A stretch of DNA of 64,000 bases, from IMG/VR virus record IMGVR_UViG_3300029288_000056, positions 224,001 to 288,000 of that record, one strand, 5' to 3'. The notes under the pieces are model-generated. The model was not told the origin of the DNA. It made no database searches and saw only the letters and a program-made list of their open reading frames with translations. Made by a program: the position numbers and the translations under genes. Shown one piece after another: positions 10,856-18,955 of the stretch. Position 1 is the first letter of the stretch. Every line of letters begins with the position of its first letter. The stretch comes from a virus (taxonomy: Duplodnaviria; Caudoviricetes).

Positions 10856-11785
10856 TTAACGATACAGGGCGCGAATCGTGCCCATTGTAGTTGTCTCAAC
10901 CGTACTGTCGGTTTGAATCTTGAGGATAGTAGCATTACTCCCCACGATGAAGCCTGATGTCTCGGAGGTGAGGCTGACGCCGAACAACGAACTGAACGAA
11001 GGAAGTTGTTCATTCAACAGCCATTGCACACCGTTGTACTCAAGAATTACGCCATCCTGACCAACACACCACCCATGTGTTGGGGTGGGGAAGCAGATGC
11101 TGTAAAGCTTTGTATAAACCGGCTGTTGCACCATGGTCCAGCTTAATCCTTCATAGTGATAAAGGTGCCCTGCATCATCGCTTGCCCAGCCATTGTTGGA
11201 GATTACGAACCACAGACCGTAAATGATGTTGCCATACTGGGCATTCTTGGTTATCCAGTTGGAACCGGTCCAATGGCGTGTTTGCCCGGCTGAACCAGAG
11301 ATCCAGAAGTCGGTGTTGTTGTTAACCCAGATGGAATGCCACTCGTAATTTCCGGGATTCGGTGTCATGTTCGTCCATGAGGAACCATCGTATTTGAGCA
11401 TAGCCTGATTTCCTACCGCATATCCGTGCTGGCTGTCAATCATCCAGATCCCGTGTAATGTGTGTGTAGTAGGACTTGGTGTGGTCTCCCACACACTACC
11501 GTTATAGTGAAGGATTATTCCGCCTTCGCCAACAGCCCATGCGTTGTTATTGTCAGTTGCACTAATCCCATAAAGCGGATAAAGACCCGGAACGGGTGAA
11601 AGACCCCAACTGGTTCCATTCCATTTGGCTATAGTTCCGTAGTAACCACACAGCCAACCATAGTTTTCGCCGCGCATCTCTACATCGTAATAATCAAAGA
11701 AGCTTGGCGCAGGGACCGAAGTCCAGTAGTATCCTGCCGTCGCAAAACATACAAACATTAAAATAAACACAAACAGTTTTTTCAT
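10856..11785 (-). CDS. Secreted beta-propeller protein (Ycf48/BNR-like repeats); start re-assigned to 11785
   Basis: AAGGAGA RBS, signal peptide MKKLFVFILMFVCFATA, repeated GWAVGxxGxILHYNGxxW blades, C-terminal VETTTMGTIRALYR. Confidence 0.85.
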   Translation of the reverse strand: MKKLFVFILMFVCFATAGYYWTSVPAPSFFDYYDVEMRGENYGWLCGYYGTIAKWNGTSWGLSPVPGLYPLYGISATDNNNAWAVGEGGIILHYNGSVWETTPSPTTHTLHGIWMIDSQHGYAVGNQAMLKYDGSSWTNMTPNPGNYEWHSIWVNNNTDFWISGSAGQTRHWTGSNWITKNAQYGNIIYGLWFVISNNGWASDDAGHLYHYEGLSWTMVQQPVYTKLYSICFPTPTHGWCVGQDGVILEYNGVQWLLNEQLPSFSSLFGVSLTSETSGFIVGSNATILKIQTDSTVETTTMGTIRALYR

Positions 11786-11807
11786 TTCACTTCTCCTTTT
11801 GAAGTTG

Positions 11808-11880
11808 CGGGGGCAACGGGATTTGAACCCGTAGTTTTCTGGCTGACAACCAGAGGCCTTGCCAATTTGGCCATACCCCC
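11808..11880 (-). tRNA. tRNA-Asp(GTC)
   Basis: GGGGGTA/TGCCCCC acceptor, TCTGG-TTGTCAG-CCAGA, ACGGG-TTCAAAT-CCCGT, G73. Confidence 0.93.
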
Positions 11881-12438
11881 AATTATTAAGCTCTTCCGTG
11901 AAGCCACAAGGGGTTGAATGGGAACACCCATTTTCCCTTGAGTTTATAAGCGTACTTGCAGCAGGGCACCCCGGGAATACAATACTCACACTGTCCCATG
12001 TCTGCACAATTGCCTTTTAAGTTCAGGCACTTCTGTTTAACTACGTCTCCATCGGCTTTCTTCATTTACACCACCCTGTCGTCTGTTATGTATGTAGCCT
12101 TCTTAATCACCGTTTCGTTGTTCCCATTTGCCTAGTTCTTCTTGGCTAATCATAGCACCGATTACTAGAAACATTCCGACCCATCCTTGCCAAGTCGCCA
12201 AGTAGTTAAAGTTGACCCCCAGCATAACGCCGTAAAGCAGGATCGTATAATTTAAAAGATACCACCAAGTACTCATTCTTCCAACCTACTTCCTAAAAGC
12301 AGGACTAGCTCACCATCAGAAGTTATACGAACGTCGTCCTTATAATCCATACAATGAAGGTAATGGCATGTACCTAACATGCTCTTTTCTTTATCGGTCA
12401 ATTCTCTTAATGTTATTTCACTCATTTATCCTCCTATG

Positions 12439-12512
12439 AGACCGCGACTGGAATCGAACCAGTGCATTGACAGATTTGCAGTCTGCCGCCTTCCCTGCTT
12501 GGCTACGCGGTC
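12439..12512 (-). tRNA. tRNA-Cys(GCA)
   Basis: GACCGCG/CGCGGTC acceptor, GCAGA-CTGCAAA-TCTGT, ACTGG-TTCGATT-CCAGT, U73. Confidence 0.93.
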
Positions 12513-12879
12513 ACAATTTCTACTGCGGGATCTTCCGCATAAACAGATCTAATATAATACTTCTGAAGGATCTTCTTCGCTTCCTCAAACTCACCGAGCT
12601 TTAGAGACTGGCTTAGCGCGACTAGATCTTCTAGTGATGCGCCCAACTCGATCGTCAGATACATTATTCTCCAACTCAGCGCCTCACTAAAGTCGGTTGG
12701 CACGTACGGTGGTTTTACCGTATCAAAGGCAAACTCGTTGGCCTTCATCGCCTCGTAGTGTTTGCAATCTTCCTGATCCTCGTCAAAAGCACAGTACCAA
12801 CCTGAGGTACCGTTCAATTTCCAGTTTTCACATATCCAACAGTTTGGCATGTCTCTCCAATGTTAATAACTTTACTGCT

Positions 12880-12907
12880 ATTTTATCACTGTTTTTGGAA
12901 AAGTCAA
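12880..12907 (-). promoter_or_regulatory. Repeated promoter (TTGACT-16-TAAAAT)
   Basis: Motif match. Confidence 0.8.
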
Positions 12908-12915
12908 GCACTTTT

Positions 12916-13632
12916 TTAGATCAATCTCTCCACTCGGTTGTACAAAACGTGAAACCGATTATCCGTGCTAAAGTGGTGTTCTATGTGGAAGTGCCCCGCA
13001 TACCACCCCGAAAAATTCAGCTTTTGGTATACCTCATCAAGAAAGTTACTTACAGGATCGTAAGCCTTCAACTCAAAGTTAGCGGGGGTTACGTTTTCCT
13101 TCTTAAAATATTCACGAACCGAATTAGGAATCGTATGTGTTAAAACAAAATCAACCGTGGGGTTTTCCTCTATCTTGGTCAGGACGTAGTTTTCTTCTTC
13201 CTTTGACAGAAGTTCTCCACTCCACCAAGAAAGGTGTTCACGCCTAAAGACCTTATCAACTGAGAGCGCACCACCGATAGTCAGTATCTTTTTACCGCAA
13301 ATGTTGTAGATCTGTCCGCGCTTCAAATGTACGATGTTACGGCTGTATCTTCCGACCAACCCCCCGCACCATCCCTCTTCGGGAAGTGCCTCAATGCGCT
13401 CATGGTTTTCGTGATTGCCGTCAATGAAGGCGACTTCATAAGGTCTATCATCGTACCAAGCGCGCCAATGTTTTTCTTCATCATTGTTCGGATCTCCGTG
13501 CCACAAAAGGCCAAAGTCTCCAAGCACGATTAGAAGATCGCCCTGCTTTCCTTCGTCCCACTTTAAGACCTTGCCGATGTCGTGACTAAAGTGAGTGTCA
13601 CCGGTCACGAATATGCGTTTAATTTCGTTCAT
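12916..13632 (-). CDS. Calcineurin-like metallophosphoesterase (start re-assigned to 13632)
   Basis: GDTH, GDFG, GNHEN, LTHT, GHFH motifs. Confidence 0.92.
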   Translation of the reverse strand: MNEIKRIFVTGDTHFSHDIGKVLKWDEGKQGDLLIVLGDFGLLWHGDPNNDEEKHWRAWYDDRPYEVAFIDGNHENHERIEALPEEGWCGGLVGRYSRNIVHLKRGQIYNICGKKILTIGGALSVDKVFRREHLSWWSGELLSKEEENYVLTKIEENPTVDFVLTHTIPNSVREYFKKENVTPANFELKAYDPVSNFLDEVYQKLNFSGWYAGHFHIEHHFSTDNRFHVLYNRVERLI

Positions 13633-14339
13633 AGCATCCTTTGTTTTGTCACGAAGTATTCCCTCATACAGTTCCCACAATAACGACAGCTCTTCTGAAG
13701 TTTTCCGCCACAAGAGTAAACCAATAGGTTAGCCAGAAATCTGTCTTCGATCAACCTCTGACCCATCTGATTAAGAACCCAGTATTCGTTTAGGGTGCGT
13801 GTTTTCCATTCGTAGTATGACTGAAAATAAGGACGGTCCAATTGATGTGAATACGCCATGTACGTCAGAACCACCGGGACGCCTCTAGTGGTGTAGTACT
13901 CAACCGCCGGCGTTACCACAGTATCAAGGTTCCACACGCTTACCCTCACTCTAACAAACATGAGGTTGTACGGGGCCGGGCTCACCCTATGAAAGGATTT
14001 CTCCGTCATGTCACCCGGGTTTACCGTTAAGACTACGGGCCCACTGAACTCCTCGATCTTTTCGGGTACAGCAGTGTTGAAGAAATAGTTCTCAAAAGTC
14101 CGCGCCACAGATTCAACGAGTTCCCTCTCATTCGAGCTATCGTTCCCATCATTGATCCTAACGATTCTATTTTCCGTCAATTCCAACGGGGGAATGTTGG
14201 GCAGGTTTTCCTTGAGCGGTTCTAGATAACTGCGGCCTGAAGCGTAAAAACAATCGTCGCAGTGATTCGGGCAAGTGCTAGTCTGTGGAATACAACAAAT
14301 TATCCCACTGTTCTTAGTCTTGGGGTTCTCGATGTACAT
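13629..14339 (-). CDS. Radical-SAM-like Fe-S protein
   Basis: CPNHCDDCF (CxxxCxxC) near the N-terminus; C-terminal CRYCGNC. Confidence 0.6.
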   Translation of the reverse strand: MYIENPKTKNSGIICCIPQTSTCPNHCDDCFYASGRSYLEPLKENLPNIPPLELTENRIVRINDGNDSSNERELVESVARTFENYFFNTAVPEKIEEFSGPVVLTVNPGDMTEKSFHRVSPAPYNLMFVRVRVSVWNLDTVVTPAVEYYTTRGVPVVLTYMAYSHQLDRPYFQSYYEWKTRTLNEYWVLNQMGQRLIEDRFLANLLVYSCGGKLQKSCRYCGNCMREYFVTKQRML

Positions 14340-14941
14340 TATCCCTCGTATTTCATGTATTTAATGATTATCTTCTGTTGTGCTGGATCAACATGATATT
14401 CCTTCTCATAGCACTCGGGACAGATTGGTGTATCTTTAATCACTTCCCACTCTTTCTTGATCAATCTGTGGCACTCTTCACACTCGAAAAACTCTTCGCC
14501 ACAATGTGGACATTGCATGGTTCCTCCTTTAACAAGCGTACAGGTATAGATGCCAGCCCCGTTCTTTGATTTTATCGTTATCCGGGCCAAGAAAAGCTAT
14601 AGCTCTGTTTAATAAATTAATCTGTTCCTCAGTGGGTTGTGTTATTCCAACTAATTTGCACTCTGGAAAATCGTATTGATCGAAACCGACTGCCGTGGAT
14701 ATTATCCCGACAACTGACCCTAAATACTCTCCCGTAGCCCAATCGGTTCCATAATCATAGACCGCGACGCCAAACTCGTCCTTCAGCCGTTTTTCTAATT
14801 CGTTAGAGATCTTTAGATACTCTTTGTAATCATCGCTAGTCTTTTTCTGATCAACCAGCCATCCCAAATTCCAATCTTCTACGCGATATCCATAAGCCAA
14901 TCCACAATTAAACTGAACAGACATGTTATCTCCTTTTTAGG

Positions 14942-14970
14942 ACTATATCATAAGTCGTTAGAAAAGTCAA
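14942..14970 (-). promoter_or_regulatory. Repeated promoter (TTGACT-17-TATAGT)
   Basis: Motif match. Confidence 0.8.
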
Positions 14971-14980
14971 GCAAAAAAAA

Positions 14981-15065
14981 TAGAGAACAGGTTGAGGTGA
15001 GATATTGGGTTTCCCGGATTTTTGGTGGAAAATTTTATCAATGTAATCCCACAAGCATTTCTCTA
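14981..15065 (-). ncRNA. Y-RNA-family RNA, short form (85 nt), followed by 8 U
   Basis: TAGAGAAATGCTTGTGGGATTACAT...ATCTCACCTCAACCTGTTCTCTA; same terminal motif as the YrlA-type copies. Confidence 0.8.
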
Positions 15066-15338
15066 ATTTAAATCAAGTAAAGCTGGATTTGTATATCTAA
15101 ACTTCAGTCTACTGACCACGGACTCCACTTCACTAATGGCGCCAGAGTTTTCAGCGTTATAACCCTTACCATAAAGCTCCGCCAAAATCCTCTCCACACA
15201 ATCGATGGCTTTCTTAAGCGGTTTCCAACCCCAGTTCTCGTAAACTCCCGTCATTGCGGAATTTGCTACTCCGCGCGCTATGATCATCCACTCGTCGTAA
15301 GTGAACTCCATAGACCATTTTTCATTGAATGTTCTCAT
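15063..15338 (-). CDS. Hypothetical protein inside the Ro60/Y-RNA locus
   Basis: 91 aa ORF; its TAG stop is the first triplet of the downstream Y RNA. Confidence 0.75.
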   Translation of the reverse strand: MRTFNEKWSMEFTYDEWMIIARGVANSAMTGVYENWGWKPLKKAIDCVERILAELYGKGYNAENSGAISEVESVVSRLKFRYTNPALLDLN

Positions 15339-15825
15339 TCTTTTTCGCCACCTCGGGATTTTTTGCCGCTAAGTCCACAAATCTTAATAGACTCATGATT
15401 TCATTCTCCATTACCTTACGATCATCTTCGGTTGCTTCTTGTCTCTTTTTAAATAGATTAAATATAACCTGTGCCTGCATCTCTGTACATTTACCAGCCT
15501 TCATACACGTATTTATTTTGTCTATTAAAAGCTGCCCCACTTCGTGTTGATCCGCAAAGTCATATCTCAATCTATCATAGTGAGTGTGAATCTTCGGCTC
15601 AAAGTCTGTGGTGCGGTCAAATTTCATATTTCTGATCGTTTTTTGCTCAAAGCTTTCCTTATTTTCTTCCGCTAGTGTATCTGCGACTTTGCGTACAAAG
15701 CTTCCCAAATCGTCTATCGCACTGATAACTTCTTTTGATATTTCGTCGCCACTTTCGATCAGTCTGTCGACACTATACTTAATCTTATCCTTAAGTTTTG
15801 CAAGTTCTTCAATAAATTCCATCAT
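15322..15825 (-). CDS. Helical hypothetical protein inside the Ro60/Y-RNA locus (start re-assigned to 15825)
   Basis: GGAGGTGA RBS before MMEFIEEL. Confidence 0.8.
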   Translation of the reverse strand: MMEFIEELAKLKDKIKYSVDRLIESGDEISKEVISAIDDLGSFVRKVADTLAEENKESFEQKTIRNMKFDRTTDFEPKIHTHYDRLRYDFADQHEVGQLLIDKINTCMKAGKCTEMQAQVIFNLFKKRQEATEDDRKVMENEIMSLLRFVDLAAKNPEVAKKNENIQ

Positions 15826-15844
15826 ATTCACCTCCGAAATAAAA

Positions 15845-15967
15845 TACCAGAACAGAATCGGCGAGATTTGCACCTCATTTCTGAGGTTGCCGGTTATTAG
15901 TCGGCCGCTTTTGCAGGGTATTCCCCTGCTGCAATTGTAATGTAATCCCTAACCAGCATTTCTGGTA
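15845..15967 (-). ncRNA. Y-RNA-family RNA with a three-hairpin, non-tRNA internal domain (123 nt)
   Basis: TACCAGAAATGCTGGTTAGGGATTACAT...ATCTCGCCGATTCTGTTCTGGTA; hairpins GCAGGG/CCCTGC, GCCG/CGGC, ACCTCA-GAAA-TGAGGT. Confidence 0.8.
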
Positions 15968-15972
15968 AAACT

Positions 15973-16107
15973 TTTCGGGACAGAGTTAGTGAGTCGTATT
16001 TACGCGCTCCACCAGTTGAGCTATCTCGGCATAATGAGCCGAGAGTGGGATTCGAACCCACAACCACGTGCTCCATAGGCAATGTATACCCACAAGCATT
16101 CCCGAAA
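15973..16107 (-). ncRNA. yrlA: YrlA-type Y RNA with circularly permuted tRNA-like domain (135 nt)
   Basis: Terminal stem TTTCGGGA/TCCCGAAA; order is T arm (GTGGG-TTCGAAT-CCCAC), loop-closed acceptor (TCTCGGC/GCCGAGA), D arm (TAGCTCAACTGGTGGAGC); adjacent to the Ro60 gene. Confidence 0.92.
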
Positions 16108-16113
16108 TATGGA

Positions 16114-16166
16114 ACGGACAATTGGTGACTAATCCGGTTGCGGTAAGATATAGCCACCAATGCCGT
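16114..16166 (-). other. Long hairpin between Ro60 stop and YrlA
   Basis: ACGGCATTGGTGGCTA pairs with TAGTCACCAATTGTCCGT. Confidence 0.6.
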
Positions 16167-16169
16167 GTA

Positions 16170-17732
16170 TTACAAATCTATACTCTCTATAACCTCAACG
16201 AACTGATCCACATCGTTTCCGTATTTCATGAACATACTTATCACGTTATATACGGAATCGCTGAACCCGCCCACGTTGAGAATTTCTTTACTGTTATGCG
16301 CTTGAGTGGACGTATTTGGCGCCAAGTCTATACAAACTAACTTTGCACCCGGATTGTGTTGCTTAAACTTCTTCCACTCATCCATCGTTGAAGTTCCTCG
16401 GTAGCTGTCCTGACTATCCACCCATGATTCGTTGTCAGATAGATAGATGCAAAGATCGCCCTTCTTGCCGTTTTGATTCAAAAAGGCCAATGCTGTGGAG
16501 CAACTTGTGCCTCCACCGCTACTACCTCCGATTTCTCTTGCGTTTGTAGCAATAGAATCTAGAGGGTTGATCCCACTCATAAGTTGTGCTCTGGTCGCAA
16601 ACTGTATAACTTCTGCAGTTGGATTCTTGCGCAAAATAGAAGCCGCAAACAGACCCGCCACGTTACAACAACTGACTTTAGAAGTAGCACTTCCTCTTTG
16701 GCCGGTCACGGGAGAACTCATAGACCCAGAGACATCAACGAACAGCCAAACCTTTCCCTCAATCTCAGGTATATTCTCCGCCGAATAGTCAAGAGCCTTT
16801 TGTAGCGCTATGGTTATCTCGCGTGGCATTTCGCTTTGCGCGAACATGTAAGCCGTAAACAGTTGATAAGGAAATGTTCTGGACTTTTTCACAAGTTCAG
16901 CATCCATCAACTGACTAACAACGTATTGCACCATTTCTTTGTCTTCAAAGACTTTGTGACGTAGAAGCGTATTGAGATTGATTCTCAATTGGTTCCAAGT
17001 CATAGTCTTTGCGAGCGCCTTCCAATGTGCATCGGTAAGGCTCAGGGACGTTAGCATCTCAAATGGAACTTCTGGAAACGCGACAGACTCCCCGTTAGTA
17101 AGAGCTTTCTTAAACAACTCGTACGCTTTTAGGTCGTCTGGTAGTAAAACGTCGTTAAACTCGCGGCCCAACACGTAGTTGATCGTATTCTCGCGTTCTT
17201 TGTTTACGGGTTTTGGGTGAACCATCTTTATAATATCAGACATTGATGGATCACTTCCTGTGACGAAAGCCACGTAAGAATCGGTCCAACTGTTGATCAA
17301 GCCGGCAAGTTGTTTCTTGAGTGAAGTACCAAAGGATTGGCGACCGAATTTATTCGAACGAATTGCTTGTACGAAGTTTCGTATCATCTTTCCGTTGGTT
17401 ACGACCTTTGGAAACGCCTTTTTAAATTGAGCCAAAGCCTCTGGAGTCTTGCAACCCGCTAGATAAGCCAATAGCGCAACCGGCATGTCCTTCATCAAAC
17501 CACGAGTCGCAGAATAGACCGCGGTCTTGGCGATAAAGGTAGGATCAACTTGAGGTAGATACTTGTAGAGATGGGCGAGTTGGTCTCCCCCACTTGCGTA
17601 GTAGGTGCCGTTAAAGCAGCCGGTTACAGCTAACTGCGCGATGGCGTGCTTTGCACTCATTGAATACGCAATTCCACCTGCGTCATTTACTGCGTCTGCA
17701 GGTTTGACACCGTTAAACACGTTCTTGTTCAT
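16170..17732 (-). CDS. rsr: Ro60 (TROVE + vWA) RNA-binding protein
   Basis: NDAGGIAY, AQLAVTGCFNGTYY, MKDMP, IIKMVHPKP, RINLNTLLRH, FPYQLFTAY, MIDAS DVSGSMS, SDNESW, VGGFSD. Confidence 0.96.
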   Translation of the reverse strand: MNKNVFNGVKPADAVNDAGGIAYSMSAKHAIAQLAVTGCFNGTYYASGGDQLAHLYKYLPQVDPTFIAKTAVYSATRGLMKDMPVALLAYLAGCKTPEALAQFKKAFPKVVTNGKMIRNFVQAIRSNKFGRQSFGTSLKKQLAGLINSWTDSYVAFVTGSDPSMSDIIKMVHPKPVNKERENTINYVLGREFNDVLLPDDLKAYELFKKALTNGESVAFPEVPFEMLTSLSLTDAHWKALAKTMTWNQLRINLNTLLRHKVFEDKEMVQYVVSQLMDAELVKKSRTFPYQLFTAYMFAQSEMPREITIALQKALDYSAENIPEIEGKVWLFVDVSGSMSSPVTGQRGSATSKVSCCNVAGLFAASILRKNPTAEVIQFATRAQLMSGINPLDSIATNAREIGGSSGGGTSCSTALAFLNQNGKKGDLCIYLSDNESWVDSQDSYRGTSTMDEWKKFKQHNPGAKLVCIDLAPNTSTQAHNSKEILNVGGFSDSVYNVISMFMKYGNDVDQFVEVIESIDL

Positions 17733-17771
17733 TTTTATTCTCCTTTTTAGGAAACAGTTATGAAAAGATTA

Positions 17772-17846
17772 AGATGGGACAGGGGTTTGCTGAGATACGG
17801 TTTTAATTTACAGTTTAAATGTAATCCCAAGCGAGCATTCCCATCT
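17772..17846 (-). ncRNA. Y-RNA-family RNA, minimal form (75 nt), upstream of Ro60
   Basis: AGATGGGAATGCTCGCTTGGGATTACAT...GTATCTCAGCAAACCCCTGTCCCATCT. Confidence 0.8.
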
Positions 17847-17889
17847 ACAACACTAACACGGATTATGCAAAATAATCCCCTATTATTTT

Positions 17890-17960
17890 CAGGAGTTAAA
17901 GGATTTGAACCCTTACCGGATGTTTTGGAGACATCCATGCTACCATTACACCAAACTCCT
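17890..17960 (-). tRNA. tRNA-Trp(CCA)
   Basis: AGGAGTT/AACTCCT acceptor, GATGT-CTCCAAA-ACATC, AAGGG-TTCAAAT-CCTTT, G73. Confidence 0.93.
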
Positions 17961-17965
17961 ATGTA

Positions 17966-18874
17966 TTACAGATCTTCTCTATCTCTGAAGCCCAAAAAGA
18001 TAGGCTCACGTGGAAGGTCCTTTGTACCGATTTTCTGATACTTGTATTTAATCATTTTTCCAACGTATCGATCTTGGTTATCCCATATCTCTTGTCGCAA
18101 CTCATGTGTTAATCCCTGCCCGGTTCCAATGTCAAACTGTATTCCCTCAAAGTCGCCTATACCGACGACTAGAAACTTTCCTAGTGTGTTTGCTGGAACC
18201 TTACCTTCCTTAGAGAATGAACGTTTAGTTCTACCAAACGCATCTTTCTCGGCCTCGTTCAGGTTGTGCATCATCTCTTCAAAACCAACAATTCTTCCCT
18301 CTGCATCCTCAAATGGCTTTATCTTCAGGAGAATTCTTTCCCTCAAAGATGAGCGGCCAAACTTATATTCCCCATCTATTTTACGGATCATAGTTCCCTC
18401 GTATCCAGACTCCAGATGTAAGACTATGATTTCATTGAGGGCTTTTTCATTCATTATTAGAGTTTCCTCCACGATTTCCAGTTTAGTATGTCCGTTTTTT
18501 TCTACAAAAGCAGAATACCAATCTGTGATGTCCTTTATTCTACTTATAAATGGCTTTGCCGGCTCGTCTTTCACATAATCAAAGATAGAATAAACAAAAT
18601 CCGGTTCGCCATCCATGGACGAAATCGCGGAAGAGCAATCTTGAAATGTCTTGCCCGCGGTAAGCTCACCGTCTAAACCGTCCGGCAGTTCTAACCCCTC
18701 CAGATAGTTTCTGATGTATGCGTTTCTAATCGGTTTGAAGGATCTACTTAAGGCTTTTCCTTGAACCATCAAGCAACGGTGTCCATCAATCTTTGGGGAT
18801 GCATAAACGGGATACTGTACATCCCTCATGTCGTGGATCGTCTCAGCTAAAAGTGGCTTTGTTATTTTTCCCAT
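17966..18874 (-). CDS. ATP-dependent DNA ligase (start re-assigned to 18874, probably leaderless)
   Basis: SPKIDGHR, LDGEL, FDY, YEGTMIR, LLKIKPFEDAE, GTG, PREPIFLGFR. Confidence 0.95.
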   Translation of the reverse strand: MGKITKPLLAETIHDMRDVQYPVYASPKIDGHRCLMVQGKALSRSFKPIRNAYIRNYLEGLELPDGLDGELTAGKTFQDCSSAISSMDGEPDFVYSIFDYVKDEPAKPFISRIKDITDWYSAFVEKNGHTKLEIVEETLIMNEKALNEIIVLHLESGYEGTMIRKIDGEYKFGRSSLRERILLKIKPFEDAEGRIVGFEEMMHNLNEAEKDAFGRTKRSFSKEGKVPANTLGKFLVVGIGDFEGIQFDIGTGQGLTHELRQEIWDNQDRYVGKMIKYKYQKIGTKDLPREPIFLGFRDREDL

Positions 18875-18880
18875 GTTTGA

Positions 18881-18909
18881 ATTATAATACAATTTAAGAG
18901 AAAAGTCAA
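18881..18909 (-). promoter_or_regulatory. Repeated promoter (TTGACT-17-TATAAT) heading the ligase-tRNA-Ro60-Y RNA unit
   Basis: Near-consensus sigma70 promoter; ATG lies 7 nt after the -10. Confidence 0.88.
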
Positions 18910-18924
18910 GCACTTTCTTACAAT

Positions 18925-18955
18925 AAAAAACCGCCTCTTTTCGCAAGAAGCGGTT
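18925..18955 (-). terminator. Intrinsic terminator
   Basis: AACCGCTTCTT-GCGA-AAGAGGCGGTT followed by a T-run. Confidence 0.8.

Noticed and set aside
15897-16160. 87-aa ORF, and likewise ORFs 17747-17938, 51416-51688 and 52389-52595
   Set aside because: They overlap well-formed RNA genes and have no clear RBS or protein motifs.
14981-17846. Recurring GAACAG...TGTAATCCC...AGCATT motif read as a CRISPR array
   Set aside because: Copies are degenerate, irregularly spaced, self-complementary at their ends and flank a Ro60 gene. They fit Y RNAs, and no cas genes are present.
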